Shown: positions 9,089-18,760, numbered from the stretch's first letter. The stretch: 64,000 nt of DNA from Verrucomicrobiia bacterium (GCA_014239365.1 JAAZZB010000006.1:6307-70306); one strand, 5' to 3'. The notes: generated by a model not told the origin, from the letters alone. Program-made: numbers and translations.

Positions 9089-10348
9089 GTGACTGATTCC
9101 CGCAGCAACACCGGTTCCTTTAATGTTTACCTCGACCCCGCCAAGGGGGAGTGGCTCGACAGCTATGAAGGCGTGCCCACGCCGATCGCTGCCGAAGCTC
9201 TCGCAGTGTTGCCCGGCGAAAAGCGACTGACGTTTCGCTGGCAAAAGGCGCTGCACCGCACGCTGCACGCGCTGGGCCAATTGGCGCCGGGGCTGGGCTT
9301 AGCCGTGTGCCTCGCGGTGGCCGGAACTTATTTGTCGGCTTGGATGGGCAGCGCGGTTTTCACAATGGATCGCAGCCCCGTCAGCCCGATTCTCTTAACC
9401 GTGCTGCTCGGGTTGCTCATTCGCAACGTGGCCGGATTGCCGGTTGCGTTTGAGGAAGGCTTGCGGGTTTGTGTGCGCGTGATTCTGCGCGTCGGCGTGG
9501 CGTTGCTTGGCTTGCGGCTCAGCCTCGCGGCGGCGGGGCAGATCGGACTGCACGCGCTGCCGCTGGTTTTTGGCTGCATCGCTGTGGGGATTGCTTCGGT
9601 GCTTTGGCTGGGCAAACGGCTCGGCTTGCCAACGCGTTTGGCAAGCCTCATCGCGGTGGGCACGGGCATCTGCGGCGTGTCGGCCATCGTTGCCACCGCG
9701 CCGGCCATCAAAGCCAAGGACGAAGAGGTCAGCTACGCAGTTTCCGTGATCGCGCTGTTTGGAATGGTGGCGATGTGCGTTTACCCTTTCCTGGCGCATT
9801 TAATTTTTGAGGGCAATCCCACGCTCGCCGGCTACTTCATTGGCACCGCCATTCACGACACGTCGCAAGTGGCCGGCGCGGGGCTGATGTACGGCCAACT
9901 GTACGATGACCCGCGCGCGTTGGAAGTCGCCACCACCACCAAGCTCCTGCGAAACCTTTGCATGGGCGCGGCGATCCCGCTGATGGCGTGGCTGCATTAT
10001 CGCGAAAAATCAGTGCGGCCCACGGGCACCAGCGGTAAACTTAAGTGGAGCCAAACGCTGCCATTTTTTGTGATCGCCTTCATCGCGCTGGCCGGTGCGC
10101 GCACGATGGGCGACCTCAATGGACTGCACGACAATGAAGTTTGGAAATCGTTTCTCACTTGCGCCAACCAAACCAGCGTCTATTGCCTCACCCTCGCGAT
10201 GGGCGCGGTGGGCCTCGGCGCGAGTCTTTCGCAAATGCGCCAGCTCGGTTGGCGCCCGCTTTGCCTTGGCTTTGCCGCTGCGCTGTTGGTCGGCGGCGTA
10301 AGTATTCTTTTGCTAAACCTTCTGGGAAAGGTCATCGCATTTTCTTAA
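9089..10348 (+). CDS. YeiH/UPF0324 family putative sulfate exporter (polytopic membrane protein)
   Basis: Multi-TM protein with the GTGICGVSAIVATAPAI motif typical of the family. GTG start is uncertain. Confidence 0.75.
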   Translation: MTDSRSNTGSFNVYLDPAKGEWLDSYEGVPTPIAAEALAVLPGEKRLTFRWQKALHRTLHALGQLAPGLGLAVCLAVAGTYLSAWMGSAVFTMDRSPVSPILLTVLLGLLIRNVAGLPVAFEEGLRVCVRVILRVGVALLGLRLSLAAAGQIGLHALPLVFGCIAVGIASVLWLGKRLGLPTRLASLIAVGTGICGVSAIVATAPAIKAKDEEVSYAVSVIALFGMVAMCVYPFLAHLIFEGNPTLAGYFIGTAIHDTSQVAGAGLMYGQLYDDPRALEVATTTKLLRNLCMGAAIPLMAWLHYREKSVRPTGTSGKLKWSQTLPFFVIAFIALAGARTMGDLNGLHDNEVWKSFLTCANQTSVYCLTLAMGAVGLGASLSQMRQLGWRPLCLGFAAALLVGGVSILLLNLLGKVIAFS

Positions 10349-10366
10349 GCCTCAGCCTCATTTGAA

Positions 10367-11545
10367 ATGAGCCAACGATACGATGTCATCATCATTGGCG
10401 CGGGCGGCGCGGGATTGCTCTGCGCGATAACCGCCGGCCAACGCGGGCGCACCGTAGCGGTGCTGGAGCACAACAATCGTGTTGGTAAAAAAATTCTAAT
10501 CTCCGGCGGTGGTCGTTGCAATTTCACCAACCTCGATGCGGGGCCGGATAATTATATTTCTAATAACCCGCATTTTTGTCGTTCGGCGCTGTCGCGTTAT
10601 CCATCGAGTGAATTTATTGAGTTAGTTCGCAAACACGGCATTGAATTTTACGAGAAAACGTTGGGTAAACTTTTTTGCACACTCTCATCAAAGAAAATTG
10701 TGGGATTGCTCAATAACGAATGTCGCGATGCGGGCGTGGAAATTGTATCGGATTGCGAGGTGGATTCGCTCGAAGCGGACAATGGATTCCGGCTGCAAAC
10801 ATCGTGTGGCGAGTTTGAATGCGAATCGCTGGTGATCGCTACCGGCGCACTTTCGTTTCCCGCGCTGGGCGCCACGGATTTTGGGTATCGTATTGCGGAG
10901 CAATTCAACGTGCCCATTATTGAGCCGCGCCCCGGTTTGGTGCCCATCATTCCGCGGCTTGATGATGATGCGCCGTGGCCATTCATCAAACTCACCGGCA
11001 TTTCAATCGATTGCATTGCCAGCGCGGGCGGGCAATCTTTTCGCGAAAACCTGCTCTTCACCCATCGCGGCCTAAGCGGCCCGGCGATTTTGCAGGTATC
11101 CAATTACTGCGCGGATGGGGAAACATTCACGCTGAATTTATTGCCGGACATGGACTCTGAAAAATTGCTGGAAGACTCACGGCATTTTCGCCAAACGCCC
11201 GATCGCTGGTTGGAACAATGGTTTCCCAAACGCTTCGCGTATGAATTCGCAAAACAATTTTCGCCGTACAAACCAATGGCGCAAATGAAACAAACCGAAC
11301 GCGAACGATTGATGAACCATCTGTGCGCGTGGAAATTGCTGGCCTCAAAAACCGAAGGCTACGAGAAAGCGGAAGTCACCGTGGGCGGCGTGGACACGGA
11401 TGCGTTGTCCTCCAAAACCATGGAGTGCCACTCGGTGCCCGGTTTGTTTTTCATCGGCGAAGTAGTGGACGTCACCGGCTGGCTCGGCGGCTACAATTTC
11501 CAATGGGCCTGGGCCAGCGGCCACGCGGCCGGGGAAGCGGTTTGA
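10367..11545 (+). CDS. HI0933/YhiN (BaiN-like) NAD(P)/FAD-dependent oxidoreductase
   Basis: YDVIIIGAGGAGLLCA dinucleotide-binding motif followed by GKKILISGGGRCNFTN, which is diagnostic of the family. Confidence 0.9.
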   Translation: MSQRYDVIIIGAGGAGLLCAITAGQRGRTVAVLEHNNRVGKKILISGGGRCNFTNLDAGPDNYISNNPHFCRSALSRYPSSEFIELVRKHGIEFYEKTLGKLFCTLSSKKIVGLLNNECRDAGVEIVSDCEVDSLEADNGFRLQTSCGEFECESLVIATGALSFPALGATDFGYRIAEQFNVPIIEPRPGLVPIIPRLDDDAPWPFIKLTGISIDCIASAGGQSFRENLLFTHRGLSGPAILQVSNYCADGETFTLNLLPDMDSEKLLEDSRHFRQTPDRWLEQWFPKRFAYEFAKQFSPYKPMAQMKQTERERLMNHLCAWKLLASKTEGYEKAEVTVGGVDTDALSSKTMECHSVPGLFFIGEVVDVTGWLGGYNFQWAWASGHAAGEAV

Positions 11546-11553
11546 TTTTAACA

Positions 11554-11614
11554 CTGATGTGCAGGATATACAGGATGGGTTTTTATCCTGAACATCGTGG
11601 GTATCTGTGTTCAA
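11554..11614. repeat. 61-nt dispersed intergenic repeat, copy 2
   Basis: 54/61 identity to 3402..3462. Also lies in a convergent intergenic region. Confidence 0.8.
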
Positions 11615-11624
11615 TACCTCTAGC

Positions 11625-13028
11625 TCAATCCTTGTAATCCCCGCCGGTGTCGCTGTGGCGGCAGGATTTGCGCCATTGCTCAAAAGTCGCGGTCATTTTT
11701 TTGATGAGGTCTGGGTGTTGGTCGGCGAGGTTATTTTTTTCAGCGGGATCTATTTTTAGGTCGAATAGTTTTAACTTGGGCAATCTGTTGGTCTGTTTTT
11801 TTCCGCTGCCATAAATTTTGTACCGATCACCAATGAGCGCCACTTGGCCGGCGGATTGAAATCCGATGGGCTGGCCGCGCTCTTTCATTTTGCCTTTGAA
11901 GAGCGGGAGCAAACTGATGCCGTCCAAAGGGCGCTTGTCAGTTTGTTCAGCACCAATGATTTCTAAAATGGTGGGCAGATAATCACTGGTGACGGCGGGG
12001 ATGTCGGTGTTGGCGGGTTTAATTTTGGCAGGCCATTCGATGAGGCCGGGCACGCGGATGCCGCCTTCGAGTAGTGATCGTTTACGGCCACTTAAATGAC
12101 CGGCACTGCCGGGATCCTTGGCGCTCCCTTCGGGGCCGTTGTCGCTGCAGAAGGCGAGCAGCGTGTTGTCCGCGATGCCAAGCGTGCGGAGTTCTTTGCG
12201 CAAGCGGCCGACTTGTTCATCGAGCGCGGTGATGCAGCCGAAATAGTGTTGTTCGAATTTTCCGTGTTTGGCATAGGGCTTGGTGTATTTCGGCCCGGCA
12301 ACCACGGGGAGATGCGGCGCGTGAAACCACACGATGGTGAAAAAGGGCTGCTCTTTTTTTGCCGCCGCGCGGATGAATGGAATGGCGCGATCCATAATCA
12401 CACGCGAATCATCGCCGCGCAGATTCTCTGTCACGCGCGCGCCTTTTTCATTCCAGTACGCCGTACCGTACGGGCCGTTTTCTTTTGCGGGATCCCACCA
12501 CTTACGGCTGTTGTTGTTTACGGGGCGCAGCATTGGATCCCACGTGGGCACTTTAGATTCGGTGGAAAAACACACGTCGAAGCCATTGGCTTGTGGCGGC
12601 GAAAAATTCTTTGCGCCGCGCGGGCCGCCGCGGTTGGCGTCCATTTCAGTTTTGGTAAGCGTACCGAGATGCCATTTACCAAAGTGGCCGGTGGCGTAGT
12701 CGTGTTTTTGCAATAGCTCGGCCAGCGTCAGCTCTTCCGTTTTCATGTGGCCGGTATTGGCAAAATAAATGCCGTACCGAAAGGGATGGCGCCCCGTGAT
12801 GCAACTGCCGCGCGTGGGGCTGCACACCGGCGCGGCGGCATAAAACCGCTCAAAGCGCAGGCTGTTTTTCGCCATCGCATCGAGGTGCGGCGTTTGGATG
12901 ATTTTGTTTCCGTTAAACCCCACATCGCCCCAGCCGAGGTCGTCGGCCATCACGAGAATAATGTTGGGTTGGGCCGCCGTTGCCAGTATTGGCGCGGCAC
13001 AAATGAACGCGAACAGTATTCTACGCAT
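11625..13028 (-). CDS. Sulfatase (formylglycine-dependent)
   Basis: PNIILVMADDLGWGD, CSPTRGSCITGR, GKWHLG. The start ATG overlaps the upstream gene's stop codon (TAATG at 13026-13030). Confidence 0.9.
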   Translation of the reverse strand: MRRILFAFICAAPILATAAQPNIILVMADDLGWGDVGFNGNKIIQTPHLDAMAKNSLRFERFYAAAPVCSPTRGSCITGRHPFRYGIYFANTGHMKTEELTLAELLQKHDYATGHFGKWHLGTLTKTEMDANRGGPRGAKNFSPPQANGFDVCFSTESKVPTWDPMLRPVNNNSRKWWDPAKENGPYGTAYWNEKGARVTENLRGDDSRVIMDRAIPFIRAAAKKEQPFFTIVWFHAPHLPVVAGPKYTKPYAKHGKFEQHYFGCITALDEQVGRLRKELRTLGIADNTLLAFCSDNGPEGSAKDPGSAGHLSGRKRSLLEGGIRVPGLIEWPAKIKPANTDIPAVTSDYLPTILEIIGAEQTDKRPLDGISLLPLFKGKMKERGQPIGFQSAGQVALIGDRYKIYGSGKKQTNRLPKLKLFDLKIDPAEKNNLADQHPDLIKKMTATFEQWRKSCRHSDTGGDYKD

Positions 13029-15202
13029 TAGGGGTTCCAGTTTAATTTTTCAAGGTCCTCTTCGGACACGCGTTCCACGTGGCCGTCGGCGAAGCCGATG
13101 AGGTAATGATCATTTAGAGTAAATACGTCATTGATGCCACCCGCACCGTTCCAGCCAAGATCGCTTTCGAAAAACACCACGGTGCGCGCGGCCTCGCGCA
13201 AGGCATCGAGCTTGATGCCACTGAGATTTTTGTTGAACGCGTACGAACTGCCATCGGCACCGGGATCGGCAGGCGAAATGAACACCGCTCTTTCGTTGCC
13301 CACGATTGGCAACAGCGCATCGCTCCACTTGGCAGCGTCGGGCAGTTGATCGTTGTCATTATGAAACACGTGAATCGCAACACCGAGTTGTTTGAGGTTG
13401 TTCATACTTTGAGCTTCGCGCGCTTTGGATCGGCCATTTTGAATCGCCGGCAACACCAATGCCGCCACCACCGCCACGGGCACCACGGTGCCCACCGCGA
13501 GCACAGCGGAATCGTAGCCCAACCCTTCGGTGTGTGTGTGCAAGAGGAAGCCCTCGGGCAAAACCTGCAGCACGGTCACCTGTCCGCTCACCTGAAGAGT
13601 CATCAATTGCACGAATATATTTTGCACCGACTCGGGCAGCATTGCCGCTTCGGCGGCCAATCCTTGTTTAATAATTTTGCCGTACAAGTCCGCCACTTGG
13701 CCGCTCATAAACGTGAATTGGTTCCCCTTCAACTCCATGCCTTTGGTGAGTTTTTTAAACTCCGCGGTGCCGCGCAGGCCGGTGTCCGGATCGGCTTGGG
13801 TGGCAATCACTTTGGCCGCCTGCGCGGGGCTGCTGGCGAGGATTAAATAGCCTCCCAATTGGAACACCACCGGCTGCACAATCATCTCCGGCAAACCCGG
13901 AACGGGAATGGGTGCTGGAATTTGAAACGCCTTCACCCCGGCGATATCCACCTCGGCCAACGTCATCCCCATTGATTCAGCAACCCCTTGCAGCATCGCA
14001 AGCAAATCGCCGTTGTTCACTTTAATCGTGAGAACCAATCCGGGTTCGGGAATCTCCATTCCATCCTCCGCTCGTACGATCGGAGCCACGCCTTCGCCGG
14101 GCACGGTGGGGATGGGAGGGGGCCCGCCGGGCAAAGTGGTTTCCACTTCGGGCATTGGGATTTTATGCAATTTTTGAAAATCCAGCGTCACATAAATACC
14201 CACTTCACCGGCGTATGCGCCAAGGGCTTGTTGCACCGGAGGATGGGCGAGCATCGCATCGAATTGCTCCGCGAGCACGGCGGGATAATTGTCGGCCACC
14301 ATAGTTTTGGCCCACGCGAGGATGGCCGCCGCATCGAGATCGCCGTGGAATGCATACGCCGTTTCGGCGGGCATTAGCGTGAGCCCGTCCAACTCATGCG
14401 GCGCAGTGCCGAGGGCTTTCCACAAAATGCCGTCGCCCTTGGCGGGATCGCGATGGAGCATCGCCACGTTACGCTTGAAGCCATCGCCGAGGCTGCGCGT
14501 GCTTGCGCCGATGCCGTCGATGGCGTCCAACCCCACGCCTTTATAAAAAGCCTTGGCGGCTGCGAAACCCATCGCCGCTTGGCCTGCGTTTTCCTCGCCG
14601 AGCATCGGGCCAAATTGCTCCAGCAATTTGCCGCCTTCATCAAAGCCCGACCGCACCCACCCCTGCGCTTCATCGGTGCTAAGATAAAAATAAAAACTGC
14701 CGCCCGTATCGAGGTGTTGGGTGACCGCTTCAAACGAAGTGCTCGAAGGCCCGTTGGGCGCGAGCGGCACGGAAAGCGCATTCGTGTTTCCAACTCGATC
14801 AGGAACGCCCACGGACGGCGCGTTGGTTTTAGGAGTACCGGCAATCTTTTCCGGCTGATTTTCTGAAGGTGGTTTTCCCCCTTGATCGCCAAGAAATCTA
14901 GGAACCAATACCGCCGCCGTCGCGCCCAGCACCACGACCGCGGCCACGCTGGCAACCAGTAATTTTTTACTGCCACCCTTTTTGACAGGGGACGCTTTGG
15001 CGGGTGCGTCCTTCTCTAATGGAGCCGGTGCGTTACCGCCATCCAAGGTGCCCAGCACCTCCGTCACCGGCACCCAATCCGGCAAAGCCGCGTGCCAAGC
15101 GAAATCCGTCTCGATCAACGCTCCGCTCGCAAGGCATTCCTCAATTTGTTCCGGCGAAAATGGCCCGAACTGCCCGTCATCACGTTTGACATAAATTTCC
15201 AT
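13028..15202 (-). CDS. GYF-domain / TM / large extracytoplasmic domain protein ending in a pilin (DUF1559-like) module
   Basis: N-terminal GYF_2-type domain (GQFGPFSPEQIEECLASGALIETDFAWHAALPDWVPV), a TM segment, and a central domain homologous to 15280..17217. The last ~159 aa (nt ~13031-13507) are a hydrophobic helix plus LPAIQNGRSKAREAQSMNNLKQLG...H-X9-DG (HYLIGFADGH). Confidence 0.8.
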   Translation of the reverse strand: MEIYVKRDDGQFGPFSPEQIEECLASGALIETDFAWHAALPDWVPVTEVLGTLDGGNAPAPLEKDAPAKASPVKKGGSKKLLVASVAAVVVLGATAAVLVPRFLGDQGGKPPSENQPEKIAGTPKTNAPSVGVPDRVGNTNALSVPLAPNGPSSTSFEAVTQHLDTGGSFYFYLSTDEAQGWVRSGFDEGGKLLEQFGPMLGEENAGQAAMGFAAAKAFYKGVGLDAIDGIGASTRSLGDGFKRNVAMLHRDPAKGDGILWKALGTAPHELDGLTLMPAETAYAFHGDLDAAAILAWAKTMVADNYPAVLAEQFDAMLAHPPVQQALGAYAGEVGIYVTLDFQKLHKIPMPEVETTLPGGPPPIPTVPGEGVAPIVRAEDGMEIPEPGLVLTIKVNNGDLLAMLQGVAESMGMTLAEVDIAGVKAFQIPAPIPVPGLPEMIVQPVVFQLGGYLILASSPAQAAKVIATQADPDTGLRGTAEFKKLTKGMELKGNQFTFMSGQVADLYGKIIKQGLAAEAAMLPESVQNIFVQLMTLQVSGQVTVLQVLPEGFLLHTHTEGLGYDSAVLAVGTVVPVAVVAALVLPAIQNGRSKAREAQSMNNLKQLGVAIHVFHNDNDQLPDAAKWSDALLPIVGNERAVFISPADPGADGSSYAFNKNLSGIKLDALREAARTVVFFESDLGWNGAGGINDVFTLNDHYLIGFADGHVERVSEEDLEKLNWNP

Positions 15203-15232
15203 GGGTGGAGGCGATCACCCTGACAGGCCGAC

Positions 15233-15266
15233 AAAAAAAATGCCAGCGGGAAAAATTCCCGCTGGC
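15233..15266 (-). terminator. Rho-independent terminator after gene 15280..17217
   Basis: Perfect 10-bp stem GCCAGCGGGA / TCCCGCTGGC (15242-15251 / 15257-15266) with a 5-nt loop, followed on the minus strand by a run of 8 T (15233-15240). Confidence 0.65.
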
Positions 15267-15279
15267 GGTGAAGTTTAAC

Positions 15280-17217
15280 TTAGCGCCGCTTTTGGCCGGT
15301 CCAGTTGAGCCCGTTGGATTCGGTGAATCTCACCTGCCGCGCAGAGCCATCGGCCAAAACCACCGCGATCGTTTGCAACGAGCCATAAAGCGGATTTCGC
15401 GCACGCATGCCATGAATATCCGCCGCGCCCCCTGAGCCGTTCCAGCCTAACGGACACTCGAAAACCAGCACGGTGTCCGGTGCCAGATCAAAGTAACCCT
15501 TACCCGCCACCGCGGCATTGAGCGCATACGAGCTGAAATCCTGCCCCGCCTCTGCTCGAACGGAAGCGGAAGGGTCTTGTGGAGAAACGTAAATCTTTCG
15601 TGTTTGCGCTTCACGCAGAATGTCATCACACCAGCGCGCGCCTGCGGGCAGTTTATTCCCGTTATCCTGCGAATACCCCAGCAGAGCCTTGCCCAATGAC
15701 GCAGCATTATTCACGCTCTTGATAGCATTCGCCTTTGCCTTGGCCTTAGCCAGCGCGGGGAGCAGCATACTGGCGAGCACGCCCACCGTGGCCACAGTGC
15801 CTGCGCCCCCTCCGCCGCCGGCCATCAAGCCGCCGCCGGTGGCGCGGTTGTCCACCAGCAAGCCATCGGGCAACCGCTTGACGAGGATGACTTGGTGCGA
15901 AACATAGTTAGCGAACATGCCGATGAGCTGCATCATTGCCGCGCGTGCATTGGGGTCTCGGAATTCCCGTTCGCCGGCCAAGGCTTCCTCCACAAGTTTC
16001 AAGCCCATCGTTTTCACAGCCGGGCTGAGGTAAAACAAATGGTTACCCTTCAGCTCCATGCCGGCGGTGACTTTTTGGAATTCCGCCGTGCCTGCCAGCC
16101 CCTTTGATTTGCCCGACTGAATGGATGCCAATTCGCCGGCCAATTCCTTGGTGCTGGCCAACACCAGATAATCGCTCAGCTTCAGCAGGGTTGGGCTCAG
16201 CGGAAAGGGAATCTCCTCCCCGGGCGGGGGCATAAGGGTGAATGCCTTCACCCCGTCAATGCTGGTTTCCTCAGCGCCTTGCGCCTGCAGCATGCCGCCG
16301 AGCATTTGCATGAGCAGCGTATTTTTTACCTTCACCGCCAACACGAAGCCCGGCTCAGGGATGGTGATGGTTTCCTGCACAAACCGATCGTTGCCTTTGG
16401 CGTCCACCTCCCATTTGCCGCCGTTGGGGAATTCAACCGTCTTGGTGGGATGCAACAGCACAGACACACCCGCCTCGCCTCCAAGTGACTGGAGCAGTTC
16501 TTCCACCGGCACATTGTTGTTGGCCATTTGCGAGAGCATGGCGTTGAATTCCCGCGCCATTGCCGGGTCCTGCTTCGCCATGAATGCCTTGATCCACGCC
16601 CAACCAGCCGCCACGTCGAGATCACCGTGCATCGCCAACGCGGTGTTGGCGGGCATCAACTTCAGCCCGTCCAGCTCGTGCGCCGGGCCGCCCAGTAATT
16701 TCCACAACAATCCTTTATCCTGCCCCGGCCAATGATGAGCCATCATCGCATTGCGCCGAATGCCGTTTTCGGTGATGAAACTGCTCGAGCCCGTGCCGCT
16801 GATGTCGTTCAAGCCTGATTCCTCGTAGGCGCTGCGTAGCACCTTCAACACAGCCAACGCCTTCGGGTCGCCCTCCGCTTTCAGCATCGTTTCAATGAAG
16901 GAAAGCATCCCTTCCATCATCGTCCCCATCCCTTCGTTGCTTTGGTAGGAAAACGCGCTGCCGCCGAAGTCCAAGTGCTTGGCCACCTCCGCCATACTCG
17001 ATTTCTGCGGCGAAGCTTTGGCCGCGGGAGTTTCCGCCCGTTGATGGGGCGACAAGGGCACGGAACCGCCCCCACCTTCGCCCGCGCCGGCACCATTGTC
17101 TTTGGGCGGCGGCGTGGTGTTATCGTTGGAATCGCCCTTGCCACAACCAGCCACAAGCCCGATGGCAAACAAGACGATGGGGAGAATATTGAATTTCTTC
17201 ACAATGGTTTCTTTCAT
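15280..17217 (-). CDS. Lipoprotein paralog of 13028..15202 ending in a pilin (DUF1559-like) module
   Basis: Lipobox LVAGC. The central domain aligns with its neighbour (HLDFGGSAF.., GLLWKLLGGPAHELDGLKLMPANTALAMHGDLD). The last ~175 aa (nt ~15283-15807) contain MLLPALAKAKAKANAIKSVNNAASLG and VVLADGSARQV. Confidence 0.8.
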   Translation of the reverse strand: MKETIVKKFNILPIVLFAIGLVAGCGKGDSNDNTTPPPKDNGAGAGEGGGGSVPLSPHQRAETPAAKASPQKSSMAEVAKHLDFGGSAFSYQSNEGMGTMMEGMLSFIETMLKAEGDPKALAVLKVLRSAYEESGLNDISGTGSSSFITENGIRRNAMMAHHWPGQDKGLLWKLLGGPAHELDGLKLMPANTALAMHGDLDVAAGWAWIKAFMAKQDPAMAREFNAMLSQMANNNVPVEELLQSLGGEAGVSVLLHPTKTVEFPNGGKWEVDAKGNDRFVQETITIPEPGFVLAVKVKNTLLMQMLGGMLQAQGAEETSIDGVKAFTLMPPPGEEIPFPLSPTLLKLSDYLVLASTKELAGELASIQSGKSKGLAGTAEFQKVTAGMELKGNHLFYLSPAVKTMGLKLVEEALAGEREFRDPNARAAMMQLIGMFANYVSHQVILVKRLPDGLLVDNRATGGGLMAGGGGGAGTVATVGVLASMLLPALAKAKAKANAIKSVNNAASLGKALLGYSQDNGNKLPAGARWCDDILREAQTRKIYVSPQDPSASVRAEAGQDFSSYALNAAVAGKGYFDLAPDTVLVFECPLGWNGSGGAADIHGMRARNPLYGSLQTIAVVLADGSARQVRFTESNGLNWTGQKRR

Positions 17218-17398
17218 AATTAATGTTAAAACAACACGGACAGATCAAATTATGAACCCACCCAAAAATTCCGTCCACTACAATAACCAAGAAATTTTAC
17301 AGTGCCCAGATCAGAAGAGAGGGCAAATCTTCCACTAACTTTTAAAAAATTGCGTTGTGGCTTTGACTTTCCATCGGGAAGCTTTTACTTTTGCCGCT

Positions 17399-18106
17399 AT
17401 GAAATCCGCTTTCCTGATTGGTACCCTCATCTTCTCCCTCTCACTTTTTGCTGAGGAAAAACCGGAACTGCATTCCGCCATCAAACCCGTCCCGCGCGCG
17501 GGAGGTTGGATGAAACGCCACGAGTCCTTCAACACCCGCGTGGCCCAAGGCAAAGTGGATCTCGTCTTCATTGGCGACTCCATCACTCAGGGCTGGGAAG
17601 GCAAAGGCAAAAAAGCATGGGCAAAATTTTACGGCAAACGCAACGCCGTCAACCTCGGCATCGGCGGCGACCGCACCCAACACGTCATCTGGCGGCTGGA
17701 CAACGGCAACCTCTACCGCATCAAACCCAAGGCCGCCGTCATCATGATTGGCACCAACAACTCCGGTGCAAACACCTCCAAACAAATCGCTGACGGCGTG
17801 GAAGCCATCGTCAAGCAACTCCGCAACAAAACTCCCAAGACAAAAATCCTCATCCTCGGCGTCTTCCCGCGCGGTGCCACTCCCGCCGACAAACGCCGTA
17901 AGGTCAACGAAGGTGCCAACGCCATCTTCAAAAAACTCGCCGACGGCAAAGCCGTGCACTACCTCGACATCGGCCCCAAGTTCCTTGAGAAAGACGGCAC
18001 CCTCACCCGCAAAATTATGCCCGACCTCCTCCACCTCAGCGAAACCGGCTACACCATCTGGGCCGAATCCATCGAGGCCAAGCTCAAGGAATTGATGGGC
18101 GAATAA
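17399..18106 (+). CDS. SGNH/GDSL hydrolase (PAF-acetylhydrolase-like esterase)
   Basis: Signal peptide, block I FIGDSITQGW, block III GTNN, block V DLLHLSETGY. Confidence 0.85.
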   Translation: MKSAFLIGTLIFSLSLFAEEKPELHSAIKPVPRAGGWMKRHESFNTRVAQGKVDLVFIGDSITQGWEGKGKKAWAKFYGKRNAVNLGIGGDRTQHVIWRLDNGNLYRIKPKAAVIMIGTNNSGANTSKQIADGVEAIVKQLRNKTPKTKILILGVFPRGATPADKRRKVNEGANAIFKKLADGKAVHYLDIGPKFLEKDGTLTRKIMPDLLHLSETGYTIWAESIEAKLKELMGE

Positions 18107-18111
18107 ACAAA

Positions 18112-18210
18112 AGGTAGGGCGAGAAAGGTAGGGCGCGCTGTCCCCAGCGCGCCGCGGCCGGCTCGTTGATTACAGATAACCCGGCGCGCTGAGGACAGCA
18201 CGCCCTACCT
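18112..18210. repeat. REP pair (inverted, BIME-like) upstream of the RAYT gene
   Basis: AGGTAGGGCGCGCTGTCCCCAGCGCGCCGC at 18126-18155 and its reverse complement at 18181-18210 (27/30 match). Each copy has an internal 8-bp GGCGCGCT/AGCGCGCC stem. Confidence 0.85.
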
Positions 18211-18245
18211 GTCGTTGCATTGTATTGGTGAACACGATTTAACCG

Positions 18246-18695
18246 ATGGCCCATCCCGCGCGAAAAATTCTGCCGCATCAAGTCCCGGGATGGGTGCCGG
18301 ACGGTCAGTGGTTTTTCATCACCATCAACTGCCGGGAACAAGGCGCCAACCAACTTTGCCAAGCCAAAACCGCTGGCGCAATTTTCGAGGCGGCAACGCA
18401 CCATCACGAATCGCAGGCTTGGTATTGCAAACTGCTCCTCCTCATGCCCGACCATCTGCATGCGGTCATTGCCTTTTCGCGTCGAGAGTCCATGAAAAAA
18501 TTTGTGACCGAATGGAAACGCTATCTGGCCCGCACAGCCCAAATCAATTGGCAACGGGATTTCTTTGACCACCGCCTCCGCAATGACAATGAGTTGACGG
18601 AGAAAATGCAATACATCCGAATGAACCCCGTGCGAAAAGGCCTGTGCGAACGAATGGAAGAATGGCCATGGATCTACGAGCCTAAAAATAAGTAG
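18246..18695 (+). CDS. REP-associated tyrosine transposase (RAYT, IS200/IS605 Y1 HUH family)
   Basis: HUH motif (MPDHLHAVI) and catalytic-Tyr helix (MQYIRMNPVRKGL). 149 aa. Flanked on both sides by REP palindromes. Confidence 0.85.
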   Translation: MAHPARKILPHQVPGWVPDGQWFFITINCREQGANQLCQAKTAGAIFEAATHHHESQAWYCKLLLLMPDHLHAVIAFSRRESMKKFVTEWKRYLARTAQINWQRDFFDHRLRNDNELTEKMQYIRMNPVRKGLCERMEEWPWIYEPKNK

Positions 18696-18760
18696 GGCGA
18701 AAAAGGTAGGGCGCGCTGTCCCCAGCGCGCCGCGGCGGGGTGAGACACCCCGCCCTACCC
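18690..18760. repeat. Composite REP downstream of RAYT (direct-repeat copy A)
   Basis: GTAGGGCGAAAAAGGTAGGGCGCGCTGTCCCCAGCGCGCCGCGGCGGGGTGAGACACCCCGCCCTACCC. The RAYT stop codon TAG lies inside the first GTAGGGCGA. 18702-18760 matches 19061-19119 at 58/59 positions. Confidence 0.85.
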
